Shown one piece after another: positions 15,169 to 26,944 of a stretch of 64,000 bases of DNA; the stretch's first letter is position 1, and the number at the start of each line of letters is the position of its first letter. Made by a program: the position numbers and the translations under genes. Under the pieces are notes generated by a model. The model had not been told where the DNA came from and ran no database searches. It saw nothing but the letters and a program-made list of their open reading frames with translations. The DNA comes from Antedon mediterranea (taxonomy: Eukaryota > Animalia > Echinodermata): the NCBI RefSeq assembly GCF_964355755.1, contig NC_092673.1, forward strand, positions 13,426,948 to 13,490,947, given 5' to 3'.

Positions 15169-15360
15169 ACCTGCGTTTAGTTTTACCAATATAAAGCATG
15201 TTACATTTAGTACACGAAATACAATAAACTAGATTTCTAGTGGTGAAAGCAATACGATCTGTGATAACATAATTACCAGAAGATCCTACTATTTGGTTTG
15301 AACATGAAACGTAATTACATGTCGAACATCTATTTCTATTACATTTGAATGTTCCAGTTG
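15169..15360 (-). mobile_element. Penelope-like GIY-YIG endonuclease fragment
   Basis: GTFKCNRNRCSTC...NLVYCISCTKCNMLYIGKTKRRL. Confidence 0.8.
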
Positions 15361-15399
15361 ATTCGTTAGCTTTGTTTTGTAATTTAGTGTAAAAGTCTA

Positions 15400-16490
15400 G
15401 TAAAGTTTTGATTTGTTTTAAAGGAACCTTTGGTGGATTTCGGTAGTCTTTAACTAGCCTTTGATGACTTAACCAAAAGCACAATATAAATGTGCAATAC
15501 AAAACTAAAATACAGAAATAGGTACTACAGCTAAACTGTCACATGCACATCCACACACAACGGAAACAACTTTCCAACAACAAGAGATCCCATTTCACAT
15601 GCATAATTAAAAGATGCATCAAGAACAACTTGCCAAAAACAAATTTTGAATTTGAACAAAAACATGTCGGCCACCGAAGATATTTCAAGGTATCATATAT
15701 AAAATAAATTACGTAATTTCGCACTGACTTCAATTGTACTCGACTCGGTACTGGTTTGCCTGTCAGCCTCCTTCACCACTGCAGTTATGGTAACTTTATC
15801 GCCCTAACCTATTTCCTTAGATCTTTGAGCACTCCATTCCATAGCACCACATCTACGTTTGCTCCACCTCCTTCTAGTCTAATGCTCCTCCTTTTAAATG
15901 AACTAGTCTCCAACAAATTTCCAACCTACATAAATAAAAGAAAACAATTGGAAAATATATATATCAAATTATCTAAAATAACAGCCAATAGGGAAAACTA
16001 TAATGTTGTTTACATAAGCATGCCCCAAGACAAAAGTATGTAATATATAAACAGAATTTAAAAACAAAAAATTAATATCAAGGTACCGCTTTTTATAGTG
16101 TCAGTTAAAGACATAAATAAAAACAAATATATTAAAAAGTGATCAAAATAAATTAAAATTAAATAAATAGATTAAAATATAAAGAAAATAAATAAGACAA
16201 ATCAAATAATTTAATAATTAAATTAATTAATAAAGAAACAACACATAAATAAAGTAAATTAAACATATAAACATCTCCAGAGACGCTGAAACGTCTCTTT
16301 ACAGGAGAGCATTTTGCTTCAGCTGCACCCGAGTCTGTTTTGATGTAAACATTTACAATTTCCATATTCACCGTGAAGTCACTTATCTTTGTAAATACCT
16401 GCATACCAAAAATAAAATCACTATTTAGCAACATTAAAGTGTCTTTCACACATGTTGAACATATTGCTCACGTTCACTTCAATAATTTCT
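15400..16490 (-). pseudogene. Second copy of the OB-fold gene relic
   Basis: Near-identical to 9638-10430 and 10570-10790; also carries LVKDYRNPPKVPLKQIK. Confidence 0.5.
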
Positions 16491-16712
16491 TAACAATTCT
16501 AATGGAGTACCTCCGACTCCATAATGCGAAAGGTTAGATAATAAAATCTCGTGATTTACAACGTCAAAGACTTTGGATAAATCCAAGAATGTACTGAGCA
16601 AAAATTCTCCTTTTTCTAGAGATGTATGTATGTTACTCAGAAGGTCAAGTATTGCTAGACTAGTTTTAATGATTTTCCTAAACCCATACTGGCGATTACT
16701 TAATTCATTCAT
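16490..16712 (-). mobile_element. CR1/L2 reverse transcriptase fragment
   Basis: QYGFRK...FLDLSKVFDVVNHEILL. Confidence 0.85.
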
Positions 16713-17809
16713 TCATCTTTTATTTTGAAAAAAAAAAAAGTAACAGATACTTACGTTTCTTTAATGCTGCCATTGATACTGTGTAAATAAAAAAAAAACC
16801 AGTTAAAATTGTTTAGTAATTTAAAATGACTTGGGTCGTGTTCGTACGGTGGTTAAAATAAGCGCTTAATTTCACCCATGCCTCGGGTTATAAATTGAGC
16901 GTTGTTCGTACTTGAAATATTTAACCGCTTAAATGCTTAATCGACGAATCACAAACCGGAAATTACGTTTTAAGGTCAGTTGTCTTTACAACCTACGACC
17001 CCATTTTCGCACGCTAGTTTCGTGTTGTATATTTTTTACTCGCGATCTTTCTTTACAATAACAATTACTTGCTACCTTTTACACTGCTTATCCTTGCGAC
17101 AAACCTTATGCCTCTTAACGCCGATAATCCTGCCGAAATATGCCTTCTCCTGACGACCATTATTTTACTCATTGACGAAGAATTTGAGCCCAATGTTACA
17201 CGACGGAAACACCACCGACCAGCGGCTCCCCGACCAGCTAGGCCTACTAAGCGGTCTACACCAACAAGGACAGCACCAGCTGACGATCGCTCTCGAAGCG
17301 TGTATGGAAGAGCTTCGTAGGAGAAATGACGGGCCTAGGCAGCGAACGTTTGTCAAAATTTGACACATTGCCTCTATCGGAGATTTATTATCCTCTAAGG
17401 CCGAGTATAATTGGATTATCGCTGAAATAACCTGCAAATTTGGTGAACATTTTACCTCAAATTTTTTGTAGCCTGAGGCAAAAGTTAATTGGATCACGCG
17501 AACGGAAATCGGGAATAAGCTGGTATTTTCAACCCCTACGAACAGGCCCTAACACCAGTCTAAATAGGGTAGTAATGATTCCATTATTTCAGTGTTTTCT
17601 GTGTGTTGATTCCCTTGAATGCATTAGTAAATCATGTCACCTATAGTTCAGTAAACTGCAAACTGTCAATATTAATTACTCTAAACATGTAAACATACGA
17701 TCAACAATACGATTCATGAATATTATTATGTAAAAATTGTTTCGCAATGTCTGATTTTACAACAATTACTTAGTACTTATACCCTTATTCTTTAATGGTC
17801 ATTTTTGGT

Positions 17810-18895
17810 GTGGATTTTATCATGGCAATTTCCTGCTCATGAACAGCCAGCGTCTTTACTGACACTCTGGCTGTATTCACATTATTGTTACTTTGTGGTG
17901 TCGCCGACGAGTTGTACAAGACGTCAAGGTATTTGAGGTAATTTTACACAATACGTTTGTTCCAACAATGGCCTCTCCACCTTCTAATCATAGTCTTTTT
18001 ACAACTAACTGGTCATTGAATTTGATTATTGCCGGAGGTATGTGGGGATCCTCTAAGCTGTCTCAGCATTGATCACATCTCGATTTCTTTTCAATTTGTT
18101 GCCATGTGCAACACAATTATGGTGATTTTCTGACTTGTATTTTATGGAGTGATGACACGGTCTACATACAACTTTGACATCCTCAAGTGCCTTCTTTGAT
18201 GTTTCAGGTGGAGGTACGAGTTGGTTGTGGAATAATTGTTTGTTTCAAGTAGTAAGTTGAAATTTTTCTGTCGATTTAGATTTTTTTTGGCATCTGCCAA
18301 TAGATTTTTCCATTTTTAAAAAATCTCTGACTGTTCGGTTCACCTCCCCATTTACTGCATTTACACTCTTCAAAACCTCTTCCCATCCTTCAGCCTTGGA
18401 ATGCAGCGTAACTCTGGATGAAAATTTGCAGTTAAAAATGTTATTTTTTTCGGTTTCGATGAACGTCAGCCTACATTTGCTGTCCATCGTTATTACCGGT
18501 AATTACAGCTAGGTCTAGGAATAACTACCGAGTCATTTGTCAGTCACGGATATTTACAGGATTAATTTCAGATGACAAAATACTTAGGCTAGTATGGGAT
18601 AAAACAGGACAAATTCTTCCACAACAAATACATCAAAGAGCTCGAAGGTGAAATTCCTCTTCCATCGTTCTCTACGCCGAAGAAAACGATTATATCTTCG
18701 TTCTTCAGGAGTAATCAGATTTATAAATGGTGTTAAAAGAAATGGCCGTAAAGCATACCCAGATTGCCCCAACAAATATCCTTCTGGCATTTCAGCATTT
18801 TCAAAGGCTATGCCAAGACTATTCTCCCTGAAAATTCTGGAATCATGCGTTGAACCGAGCCAGCGCACTACACAATTGGTGAATCGCATGTCTGG
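17810..18895 (-). mobile_element. PIF/Harbinger relic, copy 1: DDE nuclease fragment plus Myb/SANT-like ORF
   Basis: NCVVRWLGSTHDSRIF...YLLGQSGYALRPFLLTPF..ERRYN (18584-18889); F.ETEK..KAEGWEEVLKSVNAV..NRTV (18245-18487). Confidence 0.85.
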
Positions 18896-18994
18896 ATATT
18901 TAGAACCTGAAACTGTTTCGACATACGACCTCTGTCAAAAAACAAACATCTTGTCCTTTCCCTATTACTCTGTTTCAGCCACTTTGCCTTTGAA

Positions 18995-20024
18995 TCTACT
19001 TGATCAATTTTTAGCAATTGTTTCACTAATGAAAGTATTGAATTTCTGTAATTTAATTAAATTGTACCTGTTTTCTTTCTTAGCATCTTTAAATATGCTT
19101 TGTATTCTTTCACATTAATTTCCGTATTCCAGTCATTTAAGAACTTCTCTTGATCTTCTGGTTTTAAAATTGTTGCTAAACCCTTGATTAAATTGTCATC
19201 TAAATGCATTTCCATTATTTTTTTCAAAGCTTCTTGATTATTTGTAAACAGATAGAAACATAGTGTTGCTTCTGAATGCTTGATTACCAATTTTTTTAAC
19301 TTGAAGAATGGTATAATTTGGGTTAACTGTTGCTCCAAATATTCCACACATCCATGCACGAAATCAAGATTACAGTTGGAATTGACAGTAAGAGGAAGTT
19401 TTGCACCTTTAAAAAAATGTAGTAAGCATTTTTTAAATATGAATTCAATGCAAATAGAATTAAATACAGTACTAGTATACTAAATACTTAAAATTGATAA
19501 ATATTTAAACTCTTATTCTTTTATTGTTAATAATTATCATTTTTTCTAAATTAATTTATCATCCTCCGAATGTAATATGCTCTTCAGTTGAAGTACGGCA
19601 TCCCAAATATTTGTTATTTCAGCGTTTCTTAGATCATAGTAAGAAATAACATTTTTGAGCCCTTGTGGATCAACTTCTCTTAATGCCCTGAACAGTTTTA
19701 TTCTGTATGAAGACAATCCATTTCCATCAGTACTGAGCGAATTTGCTTCCAAATACTGCTTTACAAGTTCTTCAGCACCCTTTAATTCTGATAGCTTAGA
19801 GATCTCCAATAAAAGTCTAACTTTATCAGAAGAGATAGAACCTTTGTTATGTAATTCATTGAAAAGATCATGTGATGTGTATCCTGGATTGGTGATGTCC
19901 TCCACACACAAAATATTGAACAAGCAGCATTTTAACCAACTGTATCTTTGTCCATTATAGTATTTACTTAACTCAGATTTCAATTTCAAGAATTTGTCAG
20001 TACCCTCAGCCATTTTACCAAATC
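18995..20024 (-). pseudogene. Tandem death-effector-domain (DED)-like protein, two exons, truncated
   Basis: ORF 19546-20013 (F.KLK.EL...LK..L...DLFNELHNKGSIS.DKVRLLLEI; second unit SSYRIKLF...NIWDAVLQL) is preceded by a splice acceptor; second exon ~19408-19000. Confidence 0.6.
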
Positions 20025-23000
20025 TGCAAAATCAAAATACCAGATTATATTAATTTCTCATTTAAATTTCATTTACATTCTGTACATCTACTGAATGGGC
20101 CTCTATGCTTTGAATTTTATTATATAATGTCCATGCATTTTTATTAGACTGTTTATGTATATTATACAATAATAATAAAATAATAACGTGTTTATGTCCA
20201 CTTAATAAACTTTAAAAATAAAGTATTATACAGATTTTGACTGCTTAGAAGTTAAATATAAGAATTGACATCTCAGAGGGAATCATATTAAGTTCGAGGG
20301 AATATATATTTCCCGAACACTAACACTTCAACTATAGCAAAATACTGTAAATACAACTCCCGGTACATATCGACTACCCCGTCGATACGCTAATCAGCAA
20401 GTATCCAAATGCCACAATACTGCGTGATTAACTTTACCGGTATGTTACGAATACGAATAGAACTTTATTGCAATCAAACGAAAGATTGAAGTTTAACAAA
20501 AGCGTTTCACTCAGAACAATAAAATGCAATATAAAAATATAAAAGACATTTAGAAAGGTAGAACATACAATCAAAATATTAAAACAAAATTACAATAAAA
20601 TATCACTTCAATCAATAAATAGACCAACTTCAATAAACTAACAAATGCACCGTAAGCACAATAAGTTAATAGGTTTCGGAGGACGAAATACCTCGCGATC
20701 ACGTTAAGAATGCCAGCCCGGCAATCAAGGCACCCGCCTCCCCACCCAAAAAAAACAACTTCCGAGCTTTCGCTCGCAGCGGCAATGTTGTGATTTTAGG
20801 TTGGTGCTGGAATGGCCTGCTACGCTCGCGCTAAGGTCAAATTTTCGTTCGCCAAAATGGCGAAAGGTTTTGAAAAACATTAGCCAAATTGAAAATCCTT
20901 TAGCCAAATTTTAAAAACCATAAAAATTCGCAAAAATGTTTATTAAATAAAAAATGCATGTATTTGTTTGTTATTTTACTTCTTTTACATTTATATTATT
21001 ATTAGGTATCCCAATGAAGCCGATTTTCGTTACCGCGATTTTAACACGTTCGTGAAATTTCAAAAAGTGACGTGTCTTTGAAGTTAAAAATATACTATTT
21101 CTTATGTACCCATGAGAATAAAAATTATATGCCTGGAAAGATCTTGTTTAAGGGATTATTTTTATATATTTTTAATCTATGTTTATTAAATATTTTAATA
21201 GAAAACGCGAGTTAAAAATGAGGTACAAAAGCCGGCGAGCCGAAATCCGCGCGCTAAAAATAACTTTGGAAAACACCTACCCATTTTCGCACCCGATCGC
21301 ACGAGGTCCATAATAGGTGGTGGAGTAATTTTTGTTGCATGTTATCAGGCTTTAAATACTCTTTATTTTGATATGTAAATCGGTTATTATTATTATGTAC
21401 ATCCGCCTCATATGTCAATTTTAACGATAAAAATTGAATTTTTGAGTCTTTTTCATTATCAAAATCTGGCTAATTTAGTATTGAATTAAAGCTAATTTAT
21501 ATTTCTGTTTGATAAACCACATCGTTTTATTTGACTTTGCGTGTACCTCGTGCGAAGAAGCCAACAAGACCAACCACTGAAAAAAATAATCCCTACCATA
21601 AATATCAGTGTTTACCATTTTCCGCCTATTACTAAATTACCGTCGCCCAGGCAATGTGCATGGTATGCATGTATGAGCGCGTTAATTAATGATTGGATAA
21701 CCCCCACAGTGGACTGTTCCATTTTCTGAACTAGTCTTCGCCGCACACGAGGCATGTCGAAAAATGTTGCCTCTCATCATGGAATATTTGCTTCGAAACG
21801 TTAATTTTACCGATTTATTAAATTATTTAATAAGTGGAATATTTATCAATCTATTATATAAAACAAGTACGTTAGGAAGAAATGTACCGCAGAAATTTAA
21901 GAAGCTTTGAATTTGCTATGCAGCGGCCGTAACCCATTCCATGTAGGCGGCCGAAACGCGCTTTGGCCAGGGTTGCCGTTGTAGTATACGCTGTTTCTTA
22001 GCTATTCAATTTAAAGCGCAACTTTCGGTTAGAATAATCGAAAGAGAAATAAAATTAAACATGCTAACATTATACTATTGAGGTAATTACTTTGTTAATT
22101 TTATATTTAAAATTCCCCTTTTTAAATAACAGAACAGCCTCGTTTACGGAAGTATTCGTCCACATGTTTCTGTTTACATTTTCTTCTTGAAGTTCATTTT
22201 CTACGTCGAAGAATAGGGACTTCCCCTTTTATTTGCTCATCATCGATCACGTCGACGACGGCCGGCCACGAACCAATCACATTAGAGAGTTTACGAAACA
22301 CGACTGAGAGGGACGACGACGGATTACCAGTTTAGTTAGGCCTAGTAGCCTAGGCCTAGATAGTAATAGCTACTAGGCCTAGCTGCGGCCTATTCTTTCT
22401 AGGCCTAGGCCCTCGCCTACTTTTAGGCAGCAAATGGCACTTTATTTTAAGTGATAATTTTATCTATTTAGTATTATTAAATTAGGTCATCAATCAGAAA
22501 TCGATGGTCATCATCTTTTTTATACACATCACCGCCGGTCTTTGATTAAAGTAATGATTGACAACGATAGTACAGTAGTTACAAATAGCTGTGTAATTTT
22601 AATTTATATAACTATCGTATAACTATGTAACATACATAATTTGTATTTGACTATAGAGGAAATGTATATATATACATGGTTAGATTCGATTATACTTGAT
22701 CTGTATTGACGATACTTTAATGTTGTTTAAGCAATGTTTTACTTGAGCGTTAGGTCATCAACTTTGTTTGATACCGGTTTCAGTTGGCCTATCAATTTCT
22801 TTGCAGTACACTCGAATAATGAAACAGAATTTTCAGAATGCGAATCAGAGAGTGTAGAAATTTGTAACAAATGTCCTAATGATTGGTGTAAAGAAAGGCA
22901 TAAGGGGAGTAAATATCTTGAGTATCAGCAGAATAATCAAAAAAGAAGAATGACTTCTTAAATAAGGATTCACACATCAAAGTATTCCTTCTATCACAAT

Positions 23001-23199
23001 CTGTGACACAGCAATTATTTTTATTTCTTATGTTAATGTTGATTTTGCAATCCTATCCTGTCCGTGACGCCAATTGTTATGGTTCGAGGACTTGCCGAAA
23101 TAACTACAACCACTTTGGTCGGAATCATACTTTCTTGTTGATAACCACGACCATCTTGGTCTAAATCATAATGTCTTCTGCCTATATCGCGCTGCAAAT

Positions 23200-23594
23200 A
23201 CTTACTGTACCTTGTTCCTTGTTTCTGCGAATATCTCCAAGCTTTTTAATTTCAACCCCGTCAAGAACCTTCTTTACCTCATCACTTACGTCTTCCTTCA
23301 AAATCTATACATCTCTCTCTCTTTCTATCAAGTCTGCAACAACCTTGTCAATTTCCGTCTCTTCTGGATTAATACCACTGGCCTTTCCTTCCTCATTTTG
23401 TTTCTTGATACCCTTTGCTTTTAATGTATTCCATCTATCTCTGATTGCCTTTAAAGTTTATTTGCTTACTCATTCCTGTGGCAATTTCCCTCAATATTGT
23501 TCCTCGTTGTTGTGTTCTTGATCTAAACCTAAATGGTTCACAAACCATTACTTTTTTTAAACAAAATGATGTCATTTTCTTCAGTCCATTTCAT
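23200..23594 (-). pseudogene. Myb/SANT-like second ORF of a Harbinger-group element, frameshifted
   Basis: MKWTEENDIILF..VMVCEPF...QRGTILREIA...ASGINPEETEID. Confidence 0.55.
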
Positions 23595-23874
23595 GTTACT
23601 GGTTCTCAAGAATAAACAAAAGAACGGATATTCTCACTAAATAATAGGTAAATTATGTTTGTTTAGTGGATTCTATAAGCTTATTAGTTAGCCATAGGGC
23701 CAGCCTATATACACAGGCGAATATTAAGACCAAAGACCTAAGATTACAAATTCTAAGATATTTTATCTTTAATAGCTGGTTCCAGACGATGTTTGAATCC
23801 GTCATCATTGCAAGTGCCTTGTCCACCATGATGTTTTTTGGAGTACTATACGCTTCTTTAATGGTCGTCTTTGA

Positions 23875-24805
23875 TGTAGATTTTATCATGGCAATTTCCT
23901 GCTCATGAACAGCCAGCGTCTTTACTGACACTCTGGCTGTATTCACGTATGTCGTAGCATCTTCTGTTTAGTGTTTTTTTAGAACACATTATTGTTAATT
24001 TGTGCTGTCGCCGACGAGTTGTACAAGACGTCAATACAATACATACTCTTCGTTTGTTCCAAGATGGCCTCTCCACTTTCTAATTGTAGTCTTTTTACAA
24101 CTAACTGGTCATTGAATTTGATTATTGCCGGAGGTATGTGAGGATCTTCTAAGCTGTCTAATGGAGTACTTCAACAGCATTGATCACATCTCGATTTCTT
24201 TTCAATTTGTTGGCATGTGCAACACAATTATGGTGATTTACTGACTTGTATTTTATGGAGTGATGACACGGTCTACATACAACTTTGACATCCTCAAGTG
24301 CTTTCTTTGATATTTGAAATTTTTCTGTCGATTTAGATCTTTTTTGGCATCTGCCAATAGATTTTTCCATTTTTAAAAATCTCTTTGACTGTTCGGTTGA
24401 CCTCCCCATTTACACTCTTCAAAACCTCTTCCCATGCTTCAGCCTTGGAATGCAGCATAACTCTGGATGAAAATTTTCAGTTCAAAATGTTATTTTTTCG
24501 GTTTCGATGAACGTCTGCCTACATTTGCTGTCTATAGTTATTACCGGTAATTACAGCTAGGCCTAGTAATAACTATCGAGTCGTTTGTCAGTCAAACGAC
24601 ATTGGTCACGGATATTTACAGGATTAAATGATAAAATAAAAATAAAAAATAAATGGCCGTAAAGCATACCCAGATTCCCCAAACAAATATCCTTCTGGCA
24701 TTTCAGCATTTTCAAAGGCTACGCCAGGACTATTCTCCCTGAAAATTCTGGAATCATGTGTTGAACCGAGCCAGCGCACTACACAATTGAGTGAATCGCA
24801 TGTCT
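23875..24805 (-). mobile_element. PIF/Harbinger relic, copy 2
   Basis: Near-identical to 17810-18895 with deletions; RWLGSTHDSRIF and GESGYALRPF. Confidence 0.85.
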
Positions 24806-25330
24806 GGATATTTAGAACCTGAAACTGTTTCGGCATACTTGAAGACCTCTGTTTCAGCCACTATGCCTTTGAAGTATTCTCAGACATATTGATGTATACC
24901 TGAATTGCAGCCATTACTATAAGGTCCTTTTCAGCTAAAAAAAAGGTTGAAAAATATTTTAACTGCATTCATATCCTTTTAAATTTTAGATATAGGCCCT
25001 ATATAGCCATAGGTAAACTTACACTACGCAAGATGCTTAGCCCAAATTGGAATTATCAAAGATTAATTTTTATTCTCTAGCTAGGACGGCTTAGTTTTTA
25101 GGTGTTCGTATTAACTTGGATATTTAACAAAATAATCATAAATTTACCATTATTGAAAGCCAGCATATCAAGTCTTGCTTGCAAAAAACCGGTCAACACC
25201 AATTGCTTCAGAACATCTACCTTTACAACCACATCTGAAATTGTAGCATTGGGTACGCTCTTTTTCTTTGAAATCGTCTTCAAATGGAATATTCATCCCC
25301 ATCTGTCAAGCATTTTTCTTTCTGACCTCT
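24806..25330 (-). pseudogene. N-terminal fragment of a Sola-like transposase with one intron
   Basis: CGCKGRCSE...RLDMLAFNN|AEKDLIVMAAIQ across a GT-AG intron; CRNSFRF motif (VCRNSFRF in the copy at ~18900-18995). Confidence 0.35.
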
Positions 25331-25669
25331 GGTAGTCCGGTAGCAGCAGGGGGATATCACCACCCGAAAGGGGACAAATTACCATCTAACTTTTCTAGAC
25401 CAGAATTTTCCGTAGATTACGAATATGGAAGGTAATCAAACAGAATAGCAAGCATTTTCGATATGGTGAAAAATTCCTTTGTGTTTTCTTCTCTTGGCCA
25501 ATAATTTTCCAATAGAAAAAATGAGCGTTTCTTTTCTTTTTAATCTTCCTTACTACTGCTAAAGGTAGATTCCGATTTAAAACAGATAAATGAACAGATG
25601 CAACCCAGCGTAAATATACAATATATTATCATGTGTCGTCTCGGTAATCAGCGAGCGTAAGCTTTGTGA

Positions 25670-25885
25670 TAGGAACTTTAAACCAGAAATATTAGAAAAA
25701 GCTCCAATTTCATCAATGAAAGAGTAAAGACTTATTTCGTCTTGACTAAAAATGATAGTGTCATCAGCCAATTATGCCAACTTTACAACATTTTTTTTGG
25801 AAGAGTAAAACCTTTGCACGAAGGATTTTCTCTTATATTTATGGTCATGATTTCTACAACCAATATGAACAATATTGGGAAGTAT
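25670..25885 (-). mobile_element. L1/Tx1-like reverse transcriptase fragment
   Basis: LFILVVEIM..IREN...ADDTIIF...FSNISGLK. Confidence 0.65.
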
Positions 25886-26944
25886 TAATACTTACCAGAA
25901 AGATTGCTGGAAATGTTATGCATTGACCCACTTGCATAGATTCTAAGTGCTGTGCACACTTGCAGGCATCGCAGCACAAATGTTTTACCACACTGCTTGG
26001 TTCACATTCAAAAAGCTCATAAGCATTTTCCTTCTACATTCATGACCTGAAATGTATTCTTTCATTAATTCAGAAAGTTCTACGTTTACTGTGGCTATAT
26101 TTGAGTAGAATTGCAAAACTCTGTTTAGATGAATCACATGTGGCGTCATATACTTCAACACCTAAAGTCATCATGAACATTTTGTACAGATCTCTACAGT
26201 GACTCCTCCTCCTCCTACAAAACACAATTGTTCTGGATGATTCTATTTTTTAAATTTTCAATTATTGCAAAAATATGCTAAAAGCATTGGCAATAGAGAT
26301 CGTAATTTACCAATCATTAATTCACCAACCAATAATTCTTTATTTCCCAATACACCTTCTGCCAGCATCTGTGAAGAAACGACAAGAAACAAAAAGCAAA
26401 GGACAAAAAGCCCAAGGTAATAGTAATTTTAACATTATTCTTGTGTCACATCTACAGGTTACTTAAAGTTACAGTAACATGTACAACCCGATTTAACTTG
26501 TTCTAGAATGTCAGGAGCACTTTAGTTAAAATTAATTAAAACAAATACCATCAAATCTCTTTTGTAATTTGGACTTCTTCGAGGTTGCCACAAGAATCAC
26601 AAGAACAGCCTCAGAATCCATGCGTATGACAGCCTCAATGTAACATAGTCAGAAATCATGTGTCAAGTCACCAAAATCCAGACTTCGCAGTCCACTATTC
26701 CACAACAACCATTTCACAGAGCTAATGAATCAGCAACAAAGACAGCAACTAGTCATGCTATTCATGCATGCAGGCTATTTTTTTTAGAAAAGTAGTAATG
26801 TTTTTTTGTTTTAACTATTATTAATACAATACTAATCAGTGGGAAGAATCAACTGTACCTATTGCTTTCATGTAATTTGTTAGGAAACTGACATAAATTG
26901 TTAATTATTATGTTCACATAATGTATAGATGTTCAAATTTCTAC

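Noticed and set aside
17069-17497. GC-richer overlapping ORFs
   Set aside because: No recognisable motif in any frame, so no product can be supported.
18648-19118. 156-aa plus-strand ORF
   Set aside because: Antisense shadow of the Harbinger/Sola-like/DED junction.
21705-21711. Perfect RSS heptamer CACAGTG
   Set aside because: No nonamer at 12 or 23 bp and no adjacent transposase; single 7-mers are expected by chance in 64 kb.
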